Of a stretch of DNA of 64,000 nt, positions 30,977 to 43,698 are shown one piece after another. Location of the stretch: the NCBI RefSeq assembly GCF_009914755.1, contig NC_060930.1. One strand, given 5' to 3'. The position numbers and the translations under genes were made by a program. Position 1 is the first letter of the stretch, and each line of letters starts with the position of its first letter. The notes under the pieces are model-generated. The model ran no database searches. It saw only the letters and a list, made by a program, of their open reading frames with translations, and was not told the DNA's origin. Origin of the DNA: the human T2T-CHM13v2.0 reference genome, Homo sapiens.

Positions 30977-30988
30977 CGCGCATGCGCA
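30977..30988. promoter_or_regulatory. NRF1 binding site
   Basis: CGCGCATGCGCA matches the NRF1 palindromic consensus YGCGCATGCGCR, at the 5' edge of the CpG island. Confidence 0.75.
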
Positions 30989-31503
30989 GGTACCGCAGCC
31001 CGGCTCCTGGGAGGCCCTGCTGCCGCCACCGCCGCGGCCCGCGCTGTAACCGCGGCTGCCGCTGCTGCTCCGGGCGGGCGTTGGTGCCGTGTGCCGAGGC
31101 GCCCTGTCAGGCGAGGGGGAGCGGCTGGGCGGGGAGAGCCGACGGCCGCGGCGGCGCCTGAGGAACGCAGCCGGGCTCGGGAGCGGCGAGGGCGGGCCGG
31201 TCCAGCGGCGGAGGAGCGAGGCGGGGCGAGGCAGGCGGCGCGGGGACCCACACCAGGCGCCTTGTGTGCGAGGCCGAGCGGCGGCCGCGGACAGAGAGCC
31301 GGCGACCCCCGGCAGGAGGAGAAGGAGCCGGAGGACGCGCCGAGGGACTGCGGGGCCGGGGCGGGCGAGCAGCGGCGCGGCCGCGGGCCATGGACGCAGC
31401 GGCGACGGTGGCGGCGCCGGGGGCGAGCCGGGGCGGCGGCGCGGCGCAGAGTCCGCCCGCGGCCAGGTGAGGCTGGGCTGAGCGGGCTCGGGCGCCGCCG
31501 CCA

Positions 31504-31555
31504 CTGCTGCTGCTGCTGCTGCCGGGCCGCGGAGCGAGGCGGCGGCGGCGGCGGC
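31504..31555 (+). repeat. (CTG)6 and (GGC)6 triplet repeats in the STXBP5 leader
   Basis: CTG x6 at 31504-31521 and GGC x6 at 31538-31555. Confidence 0.9.
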
Positions 31556-31821
31556 TGAATCGGCACCACAGCAGCCGCGCCAAGCAGCGGCGGCCTCGGA
31601 GGAAGAGGGGTCGCCGCCCAGGTTTCTTGCGGCCGCCGCTCTTGTCGTCGCAGTATTTCCTGTTCGGATTATCTTTTGCTTCCCCCCAGCTGCCTCCTTA
31701 CCCTCACACTCCCACTCCTCCGTTTCCGCGGTCGAAGCTGCCTTCGGCCCCGGGTGGTCTCCCCCGCCCGGGGACCCCCTGTGCCTCCCCTCCCGGGCTG
31801 CGGGGGAGCCCCTCCGAGACC

Positions 31822-31971
31822 ATGAGGAAATTCAACATCAGGAAGGTGCTGGACGGCCTGACCGCCGGCTCGTCCTCGGCGTCGCAGCAGCAACAGCAGC
31901 AGCATCCGCCTGGGAACCGGGAGCCGGAGATCCAGGAAACGCTCCAGTCCGAGCACTTTCAGCTCTGCAAG
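31822..31971 (+). CDS. STXBP5: STXBP5 (syntaxin-binding protein 5, tomosyn-1) first coding exon, 150 nt, codons 1-50
   Basis: accATGa start. Translation MRKFNIRKVLDGLTAGSSSASQQQQQQHPPGNREPEIQETLQSEHFQLCK is the recognisable tomosyn N-terminus. Donor AAG|GTGAAC at 31972, phase 0. Confidence 0.97.
31885..31902 (+). repeat. Coding polyQ6 tract (CAG CAG CAA CAG CAG CAG)
   Basis: Read directly in exon 1. Confidence 0.9.
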
Positions 31972-33255
31972 GTGAACGGAGCGCGCAGCCCCGCGACACC
32001 GTCATTGAAAAATTGGGGTTGTTTTAAGGGGGCTACTCGGGCTTTACATGGGAATGCAAGGGAAGAGAACGCCAATAATAATAATAATAACTCTAATAAA
32101 AGGCTCGCTCCTCCCTTGGCAAACGTTTCTTCGGTGGGTTGTTTTGGAGATTGATACCTTACTCCTTTTCATTGATTTTTCTCTCTCCCCTTTGCACATG
32201 CAGCAATCAGTTCAAGGTTGCTTCAAACTATTATCCGACCTTTAATCGTATTCTGACACTGCCAGTAATAACCTGGAAGCTTTTATATTCAAGCGTTTTA
32301 ATATGATTCACCAACTTCGAAGTTTCCTTTGGAAACGGTGTCTAATGAATGTTGTTTATCAAAAAGCCAAACCTGTTCTACCACACCTTTGCTCATCACT
32401 TTTCCCTTAAAATGTGGTGTAAGTGGCTTACGATATGAAATCACAGGGTTCTTTTTATCATTATGTTTGTTAAAAAGTACTGAGATTTTTGCCTGTTAAT
32501 GGCACGATAATTGCCATAGCGTTCTGTAATTCAGAAAGAATGATGCAGCGAATTAAGTCACCAGCTGCTTAATGAGAAACACAAACTTGCCTCGGTTTTA
32601 ATACCTGCCTTTCTCATAAATAGCCATGTATTTGTATGTCAGAGTTAATTAAAAGTGTGCGTATATATATATATATATATATAGGTCTAATGCCCTAAAA
32701 TGATTATGGCCTTAATAGTAAATTGCAAAAATGTATGTTGTACTCATCTTCATTCTGTTACAAGTGTAAAATGTTGGGATAGAGGTTTGATTATTGCTCT
32801 ACTGAATGCTTGACTAAAGTAATTATATGACAGCTTTTCCTTAGAAGTACTTGCGTTAGCATCCAAATAAAGTAATGATGAAATGAATACTGCCAAAATA
32901 AAGTATGAATTGCATTTAATGGGTTTACAGAATTTTGGACCATTGCAAACTTTAGTCATCTGGTGTCGGATGTAGTAGTATAGAATATTAATAAAAGATT
33001 TTCTTCTATGGAATACCAGTATTATGGAAAAGCGAAATTAAAGTATATCACTGGACTAGATTTTTGTTTGTTTCAGGTTCTATGTGAATAACTTTGTTAA
33101 TGTAGGTTTCACTTATTTTTTCAAAAGCAGTAAGTGCATGTGTATGTGTTTTGCATCAGTGGTAGTGGTTCTAAATTCTAACGCCTCTATTGACTTTCTA
33201 TTTTAAAATTTCGCTTGCTGCCTTGGTTGCTGTGATGTCACTTGCCCATCCCTAG
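31972..33255 (+). other. STXBP5: STXBP5 intron 1 (U2-type GT-AG, 1284 nt)
   Basis: GTGAAC donor and pyrimidine-rich acceptor ending ccctag. Joins exons 1 and 2 in frame. Confidence 0.93.
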
Positions 33256-33353
33256 ACTGTTCGCCATGGATTTCCCTATCAACCCTCAGCCCTGGCCTTT
33301 GATCCTGTACAGAAGATCCTGGCAGTGGGAACTCAGACTGGTGCTTTAAGGCT
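33256..33353 (+). CDS. STXBP5: STXBP5 coding exon 2, 98 nt
   Basis: Acceptor cacttgcccatccctag|. Reads [32 protein letters not shown](L), the Lgl/tomosyn-family first WD40 segment, in frame with exon 1. Ends CT|GTATCCTTT, phase 2. Confidence 0.96.
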
Positions 33354-36300
33354 GTATCCTTTCTTTAATTTTATTTTTTAACTTCTACTTTGTTCTCCCC
33401 AGTCCTTCTGTGTTGCTGATTAGTTCCAAAGAAAGTTTTTATTTTCCTGTTGGTGTGATTAGATATATACTATGAGAAATCATGTGTTGGCTTTTCCCTT
33501 GATTATAATTCAGCTTATATACTGCTGTGATGTTTCTCAGCTCCTAGTTTATAGTAGCTAAACATATATCCAAATAGAGGTCTAAAGTTTTTTTATGATA
33601 ACTATTTTATTTGTAAGGAGATAGAAGTTTCTAAGGAAAAATATATCTGCTTCTATACTATTGGTGTGATGAATGAGGTATGTTAAGGATGAGGTTTAAA
33701 GACAATTACTTTTAAAAATATTATGCATGGTAGATATTGAACTTATGACCTATTCTAATAAATTAGAGATTGGATTTCAATCTGAATTTGGTTGTTTTTG
33801 GCATGTCCGTGTAGAAAAACAATTAGCAGAAGTGTAGCAAATTAATTTTCTATGAATAGTTATAAATGGTTAATATTTCTACCAGTTTTTAGAGCGTTTT
33901 CTTGAAAAATGCATGGGGATAAATTTTTTCTCTTGATATACTTTTTCTCTCATAGTCTACATTTGTTATGTATTTGTAAAAACTGTTAGGTTACTATACA
34001 TTAAACTAGTAGTATAGAATTACTTTTCCTGGTTGTGTATGAACTATATTAGTTTTATCAAGCATTTTTTTAAATACTTCAAAAGATTTTTTTCAAGATA
34101 ATTTTTTAGTGAGAACAGTACGGACGACTCACTTTCTATTTTTATGTTGAAATGTGTTTTCTTTTACTGTGACTTTGAAACATACTTAACCTAAATATAT
34201 TCTTAAACTTAAGATTTGGATTCATCTATCTGTGGGATATCTACCTCCTGCATATTAATGAGTAATGTGTTGGTGATAAATAGAAAAAAAAAATCACTAG
34301 ATGATTTCAGTAGACATTACTATTGTCAAAAAAAAGAAAAGAAATATACGATAGGGGAGGAGCTTTACCCCTTTATATTTTAGATTTTTCTGGTTCCTGA
34401 GAAGGAGTGAGGGAACCTGCATTTGAGTTAAACATGTGCCAGGCATTTTACTTACATTTTAAAGTCATTATTTCAAAGAAGTACTATGTGATACATACAA
34501 ATATATATATATGTATAGATAGATAGATAGATAATGCCTCAAGTTTTATTTGTCACTTAATGTGCTATCTTCAAAATGCTAATAGAAGTTTTAGGATGGA
34601 CTATTGAACTGTGTTACTAAGTGAAGTCTACTATACATAGTAAATACTATGCAGTCATACCTTTATAAACGACAAAATCTGACCAGGCTAGATCTGAATC
34701 TGTTAATTTCTGAGACGGTGTGTCTGAAGTGCTCTTGCCCAAATATCTAGATAGTTATGACCAGAATGTTTTTTGGCTTCAATTGTTAGATATTTTTATT
34801 CCTGAACTCAGTGATCAAGACCATCTAGTTTAGGGTTGTGTGAAGACGGGAATGAAGTTATTTTGTCAGTGTGGGCCCTGAGTGTTCAGCAAAACTCTGT
34901 AGTGACGAGACTAGTACAGCGTTGGATCTAGATGCATTCTTTGGAACTGAAAGCAGTTTCTTTTTTTTCCCAACAAGATAATTTCATAACTGGACTAGAA
35001 GAAGGAAAGTAAAGTTGAATTAAATCAGCTATTTTTCCCTTATTTTGCTTTTCTGTAAAATGAGTTTAGGTTTTATTGTTTTCCCAGTGTGGTCTCGACA
35101 TTCTTTTGGTAAATAACCTCTTTTCCTTGTAACATCCAATCTGGCCCTTTTATAATTTAGTATAATTATAAGTGAGTACCACCAGCAAGGCTGATTTTAT
35201 AAAACCAGATTCTTAGACAACACTTTTACCCTAATGCATTTGTGTAATTAGCAAGTTGGCACAAAAGGTGTAAAGCGTTAGGCCTAGTGTGAATTGCCAA
35301 TTAAAATCAAGGATCAGGTGGCCAAAATTGTCACTTGTATATAACTTTTGGTGTACTTTCTATAGTTAAATATTATGTGAATAAAAGTGAACCTGTAATT
35401 ATAGTTTGCAATTATACTCTAAAGTTTTTTTTTAGAACCTCCTTACTAAGAATGAAGTATGGAAAACTGTTTACTAAATTACCTTCTACTTTGCCTTTTT
35501 ATGAGATTTCTATGGACATTCCAGAGTGCTAAATTGGCTTGCTTGCCAGTAATACCACCTAGTCATTCCTTCTGTTGGGTTTAAGTAGCAGATGAGCTTA
35601 TGAGCTTTATTTATTATGGTTCTGATTTATAGAAAATGACTAAGCCCTTTTTATTTTATCTCATTTTCCATATATGTGCTTTCAGGTATATGTTAGTGTC
35701 TCTTTCTTTGTTATTTTTGAAACTGGACACCTAAATTCCGAATCTCCACATTTGGTTAACGTGCAGATTTACTACAAGTGTGTATATTTTGACTTGGATC
35801 TTTTGTATATTTTCCTATTGTAATTGGTTTCTTTTGATCCTTTATTCTCTTCTTGTATTAGACTCTTGTAGTCTGTAACACAGTTATCCTAAAAGATATC
35901 ATTAGAGCAGAAAATAGACTTCTAGATAAAGTATTTTCCTTGCAGATTGAAAAGTAGGCGATGTTTTCAGAAGTAAGATTAGGCTATTACAATTCCAAAT
36001 GTGTATGTAATTTGACTGATGAATATCTTCCTAAATGTTAGAAGACTTTACTAAATTGATTTATCTACTCTGGGTTAAAACCAAAAAATCAAAGAAGAAA
36101 GATATATCTGATAGCTAATGTTTGTAGACAAGGATTAGTGAAAAATCTTAATCCTTTAATAATACATAACAAATTATGAGGCAAAATAAATTAAATGTAT
36201 TTACTACATTAATGTATAGCAAATGACATATGATATAAATATGCTGAATGCTAAACCTTCTTGGCTTCTGGAGAGAATATGAGATTGAAGAATGAAGGTA

Positions 36301-37779
36301 TTTTTAATAATGTTACTGTCTTTATCTAGACTTCTGATTTACTACTAAAATTTCAAATTGCTTCATACTTTAATCATGGGTTACCCTGATCTTATTTTTA
36401 AAGTAAATTTTTTTTCTAAACACAATGAGGTCATTATATATATGAATATTTCAAGGACTGAGCAGAAAAATGGAATTTCAGGTTTACTGAACTTGTGTAA
36501 AAATTTGAGGTTTAAAAATGAATTGTCAAATTATTATCGAAGAACCTCATTCATTGTCTTCTTGACTGGTGGAAAATACAGTGAAATAGACAATCTCTGT
36601 TTTGATGAGGCATGGATTGTCTTTTAATGCAGAGTAATGTTGCTGGAGACAGGCTTACAAAGTGATTTTTTTACCTTACAGTTGATTTAACAAGCACTTG
36701 AGTGTCAGACAACATTAGATTATAAATTGTGGCCTGAATTCTGGTTCTTCGCTTTCCACTAAATAATTACATGTCCTTGAATTAGTTTTTTTTTTCCTTA
36801 CTATAAAAATGAAGGTGCAGTATTAAATGATTTCTTCAAGGAAGAATTTTATGATTTCAAGTAGCTATGTATTCTAGAGGAGTAATACAAAAGAAATGAA
36901 AATGTGATCCTTCCTTCAAAAAGTTTCCAGTTCTAACCAAAGGACTGGAACTAAATAAGCAGTTGAAATTTGAGAATTATTTGGGGCTCTACTGACATTA
37001 CACAAAGTCAGGTTACATGTAAATTTGTTGCATTTGATGAACATTTCTATACATTGGTAGATAAGTATTCAGAATGACAGGGAGGAAGGAGTGGGAAAAT
37101 TATTCTAGGCAAGGAAAACAGTATGGGCAAAAGCATGGAAAAGGGAATTATGCGAGTTTGGAGGAATACTAATGAGGCTAGTTGGAATAATTGAGTTAGC
37201 AGGAGAAATAAGGAGGCTGTTGAGGGTCTTCAATTTTAACCTGAGGTATCTGCATGATATTCAGTTAGGAATCATAGTTATGTAATAGGAGATGCTGACA
37301 GGAAGAAAGCATGATTTTTTAGCATGATTAGTGGAGTAGTGGTATAGGTGAAAAGAATGGACCAAGTGAACTTCACAGAAAATTATTAATCCATATAGGT
37401 AGTAAAGTGAATCCAAAACAGGGGTGGCAGAATGGGAATTGGAGAAGGGCTTGACTTGTTTGTATAAAATCTTAGGGAGTAACTAAAGATGATAAGGTTT
37501 TGCAAGTAAAGTAATGAGGCAATTACAAGCGAAGTGAAAAACTTGGCAAAGAAGTGGCAGAGAAATGTTGAGTTTGAAATTATGTTATCTTTAACTTTTA
37601 TTGTATTATCATTTTGGGAGAGTAGCCTAGACTTCTTATTTTAGTGTGAGAATTTGATATACTTTCACTGTTTTGTTTTGGTTTTTTTTGGCTGGTCCTT
37701 GGTGATTTCCAGAATTTTGTTACTGAATTTATATTTAAGGTCATTAGTAGCTGTTTGGCATTGTCCATTTATTTTCTGT

Positions 37780-37958
37780 CAGTGTTTCTCAAAGTGGTAG
37801 CTTTTTGGGCAGAATAATTCTGTGGGTTTGTCCAGCACATTGCAGGATATTTAATATCCCCGTCTCCCACCTACTAAATGCCCATGTTGCCTCCCCTGTC
37901 AGTGTGGCAACCCAGACCCTCCAACACACTTCCAGGTGCCCCTGGTTGAGAACCACTG
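37780..37958. mobile_element. MER20/MER5-family hAT DNA transposon fossil
   Basis: TIRs cagtgtttctcaa ... ttgagaaccactg. Confidence 0.7.
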
Positions 37959-38315
37959 CATTTAGCCCAAGTTCTTCACCAGTTAAATAAGAATAATAAC
38001 CCTACCTAGCTTGTGAGGTTATTGTCACGATTAAATCTAATAAAATGTGTGTGTGTAGCTTTTACGATCATGAAGGGATATTGTGGTGGATACATGATTA
38101 TTACATTATTATTATAATACATGATTATTATTAATATGAGAGTTTTTCTGTGGCTTTAATTTTCAGGTCCTTCATTTCTCTCAGCGAATACTGAGTGGCA
38201 ACTGTGTAGGAAGGACTTCATTTCATTTATTTTTGTAGCTAATACAAACTTTGAGGAAAAGATACTGAAAAGCACTGTTCTTTTCTTTGAGTTTGTTTTT
38301 AAAATGGTTGTGTTC

Positions 38316-38730
<415 letters not shown>

Positions 38731-38869
38731 TTACAAGATAGCATTAGAATATTTTGACTTGCTACTTAATTTTATTATATAAAACATAATTATACCATGG
38801 AAAAAAAATGGAAATGATTTTCATTTGAAATAATTAAAAGTAAAATAATTAGTTTAGAATTTAGCCAGT

Positions 38870-39143
38870 GTGTTTTGTTTGTTTGTTTATTTTGAGTCGG
38901 GGTCTTACTCTGTTACCCTGGCATGCAGTGGCAGGATTATAGCTCACTTCAGCCTCCACCTTCTAGGCTCAAGCAATCCTCCTACCTTGGCCTACCAAGT
39001 ATTTGCGACCACAAGTGTGTGCCACCACTATTTTGTTTTATTTTTGGCGGAGACAGAGTTTCACCATATTGTCCAGGCTGGTCTTGAACTCCTGAGTTCA
39101 ACCTCCCAAAACGCTGAGATTACAGGCATGAGCCACCACGCCA
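38870..39143 (-). mobile_element. AluJ
   Basis: Diverged reverse Alu (ctcaagcaatcctcctacc). Confidence 0.88.
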
Positions 39144-40484
39144 GATTTTATCCATTCTTCTCCCTCCCCATCATTTTTGTTCATAGCTACTTTCCTCCTC
39201 CTCCATCCTTTTTTGTTCATGGAAGAGTTCCGGTCATTTGGAATTGTAGTTGTGCAGGAGAAACAAGGAGCTTGAAATACTCAGCTCATATCTCAACTGT
39301 TAGCTCCTTTAGCTCCTCATTCAAGAGGACATTGCATAAAAGGAAGAATAAGTGCTGTATCAGCTGTAAGTTGTGATTCTTAGCATGGACTACCGCAGCA
39401 GGAGGAATAGGCACATTTATTTCAGAACAACCAGAAATGGAATCTGCTTGGAAACAGTTTATTTCGCAGTGGATTTCTTGTGGAAGGAAACAAATGTGAT
39501 AGAAACCATGGAATTGAAAAGAATATGTTAACTATTGGAGATTCAAGTCCGTGCTTTGTAAGCCTTTCTGCTTTAAGTAAGATGAGTTTTTATCTCTGTT
39601 GGATATTCTTTGTTTTCTGTTTGGTTTTCAGTATGATTCATTTGAAATTACAACCTAACTTTGCCATCCTAAAGGAAAAAGTAAAGGCATTTTGGAAGAA
39701 TTGCCTTATTATTAGGAGATTCTTGTTCCAATAATCTTCAGACTTACCTTGTATAAGTCAACTAAAATCTCTGTGCTTCAGTTTCCTTTCTTGTAAAATG
39801 AGGAAATTGGGATGTGTTATTTCCAAGAATCCTTCCAACTTTTGGACCTTAGAATTTCTTTTTCTGTGGGGGGATTTAGGAATTCTTTGGACTGTGTTCC
39901 TGTAGAGGGATCTTCTGGTTGATTGCTCTGAGTTCCTGTTAAAGAGAATGAAGTGTTAGACTCCATACCATTGCGGCTCCCTCAGCTTTGTGTCCATTGA
40001 CTACATTCATAATCCAAGTCAGTAGAAGCACAAGTGTAAACCTTTGTTTACAGAAGGGACCAGGAAAGAGCATGTGAATGAACTAACACAAATGTCTTTC
40101 CTTGAAACAGTAGCTCACATTGAATACTAAGATGGTGGTTTGTAGCATTTTCTGTGTATAACAGATAAGGTCTCATTATGAAATAGGAAACCAGGACTTT
40201 TTTTTAATACCATTAACAAAATTCACCTTCTTCCTTGGTTGTTAAATGTCAGGATGTAAAATTAAAATAAATTAACTTAAACAAGAATATTGAGTTCCTA
40301 ATCACATGATCTTAATAATCTTTAGAGATTTATTAATAGAGACTGTCTCTCTTGAATTGCTAGTATGTAATTTGAGTACTAAATTTGGTAATTGTATAGT
40401 GTAATAACTTGGAGTAATAATTGCTGGGCATGTACATGTAAGTAACTGGACTATAGGTTTGAGTATCACTAAAGATAAGCTTAA

Positions 40485-40928
<444 letters not shown>

Positions 40929-42288
40929 TAGCAGTAATAATTAGTAATAATCAGAATGTGTATTTGTTTTCGATGTTTAAATGAAAGTTTCCTGACCTGA
41001 TTTGCTATATTAGCATCTTCAGAAGGTATACTTGGTATTTTGGGATGGCAGATAAGGAAATAGTTTTTTTGGTTTGACCTAAACAGATGTTTATCTGTTT
41101 AAGAGTATAACAGATTGATATAAAGAAAAGGGCATTTCACTATTAATACCTTTTAGATTTGAATTTGAATTAAGATAGATTTTAAACATAATATAGTTCT
41201 ACAGAAGTTCTTGGGAAGCAAAACAAAGTGATTACTGACATGATTTTTATGAAATAAACCAAGAGTTCATAAAACTATAATAATAAAAAACTGCCAAAAG
41301 GTACTTGATACATTTCTCTTCCCTTAGTCATATGCAGCACACATTATTCTAAGGAGAAGTTATGGTGCTTTCTAATTTAGTTACTTAGACTTCCTGTAGA
41401 GACATTCAGGTTTCTATACAATACAATTATTTTGCACTTTAATTTGAACACATTTCTGATGTTTATTAGCAGTAATAAAAATAAGGACTTTTTCATGATC
41501 TTCTGTATATCTGTATTATCATTCTTAATATTTCTGAATAAGTATATTGCCATCATCTACTTTCAGATTTAGCAATTCTAGTTGGTTGGTTTAATCTCTT
41601 ATTTTCCTCATATTTACTTTTAAATAAATTTTGGACACCAGCTCTGTTTACCATGTAACTTATCTTTTTTCTTTTGGCCATGAGTGGAAGGTAAGCTGAG
41701 GTGAAGGAGGTAGGGGTAAGAATTGTTGACATAGTTTACTGCTTACTAGTGAGTGTTCCTCAATGGCCATGTGTTTAGTGAGTCCTTAAGTCTAGAATAA
41801 ACTTTTCTCTGTTTAAATAATTCTTATGTTTAAAACCCAATGTCTTTGTGATATATGTTTTGGTTTGATTCCATCCCAACTTCCATCCTATTTAGCCATC
41901 TTTTTCTTAGTTGAGCCTTTAAAATTTTGATTTCCGCATTGCCATTTCTTTATAAGTAATATGTGACATTAAATGTCTAAAAATAGACCTTTTGGAAATT
42001 GTAGCTGTAATATGGAATGGCATTTTCTTTTAAAATAAACTACGAAGAATGTTACAGGGTATGAAAAAATACCGTGCAGTCCAAAGTAATGCAAATCAGC
42101 AAAATCAGCCAGTATCCTCTCCTTTATCAAGAGTCCGGAAATTAAGACAGTAGGAGTGTATAAATTATAAAATCAAGATGAGGGAACACACAGATTCCTA
42201 AATGATCAACTTTATGTCCTTCAGTAAGGATCATAGGGTGGATGAGTATGTGTGTGTGTGCAGACACTTAAAGAAGATCTGAGTCTGT

Positions 42289-42499
42289 AGGAGTCAGTGA
42301 ACATTTCCTGTAAAAGACCAGATAGCAAATTATGGTAGGCTTTATGGTCTCTGTGACGGCTACTCAACTCTGCTTCTATATTAGCACAAATGCAACCATA
42401 AACAATATCTAATGAATAAGTGTGCGTCAGTAAAACTTTATTTATAAAATCAAGCAGTTGGCTGGATTTGGCCCACAGGCCAAAGTTTTCCAATCTCTG
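42289..42499. mobile_element. MER58A DNA transposon fossil
   Basis: ttcctgtaaaagaccagatag...taaaactttatttataaaa...ggatttggcccacaggcc. Confidence 0.8.
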
Positions 42500-42654
42500 C
42501 CTTAGTTTATCAGCCTGACTTGTTTTTAAAGGATATACAGAGAAGAATGTTCAGTAAGAAATACATTTTTAAATTTAAACTTCATTAGTAGCACTTGTTA
42601 CTAGTTGAAATTTAACCTTTTGTCACAAATAAGAGTCTTAAAAAGAATCAGTAA

Positions 42655-42962
42655 TTTTTTTTTGTTTGTTTGTTTGTTTTGAGACAAGGTCTGGCTCTGT
42701 CGCCCAGGTGGAGTATAGTGGTGCTATCTCGGCTCACTACAACCTCTGCCTCCCAGGCTCAAGGGATCCTCCCACCTCAGTCCCCCAAGTAGCTGGGACT
42801 CCAGGTGCACGCCACCACGCCTGGCTAATTTTTGTATTTTTTTGTAGAGCCTGGGTTTTGTCATGTTGCTTAGGTTGGTCTCGAACTCGTGAGCTCAAAC
42901 CATCCGCCCACCTCAGCCTCCTAGAGTACTTGCATTATAGGCGTGAGCCACTGCGCCGAGCC
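42655..42962 (-). mobile_element. AluJb-like
   Basis: Reverse Alu. Confidence 0.92.
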
Positions 42963-43389
42963 AATTTTTTAATCAGTAATTTTTAATAATACATAGTAAC
43001 TCTATATATCAAGGTAAATTATTTTTATAGGTTTTTTTTAAATCTTGTGAGAGGTGTGTTATCTCTGGAATTATGATTAGTATAATAATAAAGGTAGCTT
43101 AATTAGGCATCCTTTGAGGGTAGTTTAATGATTAGCTCAATTATTGAAGTGTTTAGCTTGACTTCCTAATTTTAATTAAAAATATACTTGCCTTTGTAGC
43201 TTTTTCTTAATATCTTTCTTAATATCATATACATATGTGTAGGTACATTTAGATAGATGCCTTTAAAGATAAAAGTGAATGTAAGCATTTTATTAAAATA
43301 TTGTGACTTCTTTGATGTTACAGATGTTTGTCAAAAATAACCGGGAAAAAACTACCTGAAAAATGAATAATGTATTTTTTAAAAATTCA

Positions 43390-43698
<309 letters not shown>

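Larger units (their letters stand above)
30920..32005. promoter_or_regulatory. CpG island / STXBP5 promoter and first exon
   Basis: Very high GC with dense CpG against an AT-rich, CpG-depleted background. Multiple GGGCGG boxes. Confidence 0.93.

Noticed and set aside
30811-31583. Several long overlapping ORFs (130-252 aa) on both strands of the CpG island
   Set aside because: Low-complexity Ala/Arg/Pro/Gly translations with GTG or TTG starts, expected from stop-poor GC-rich DNA. No recognisable domain.
35650-35692. Pyrimidine tract plus cAG|GTATAT inside intron 2
   Set aside because: The regenerated donor is weak, and U2-type recursive splicing is not compatible with the U12 termini of this intron.
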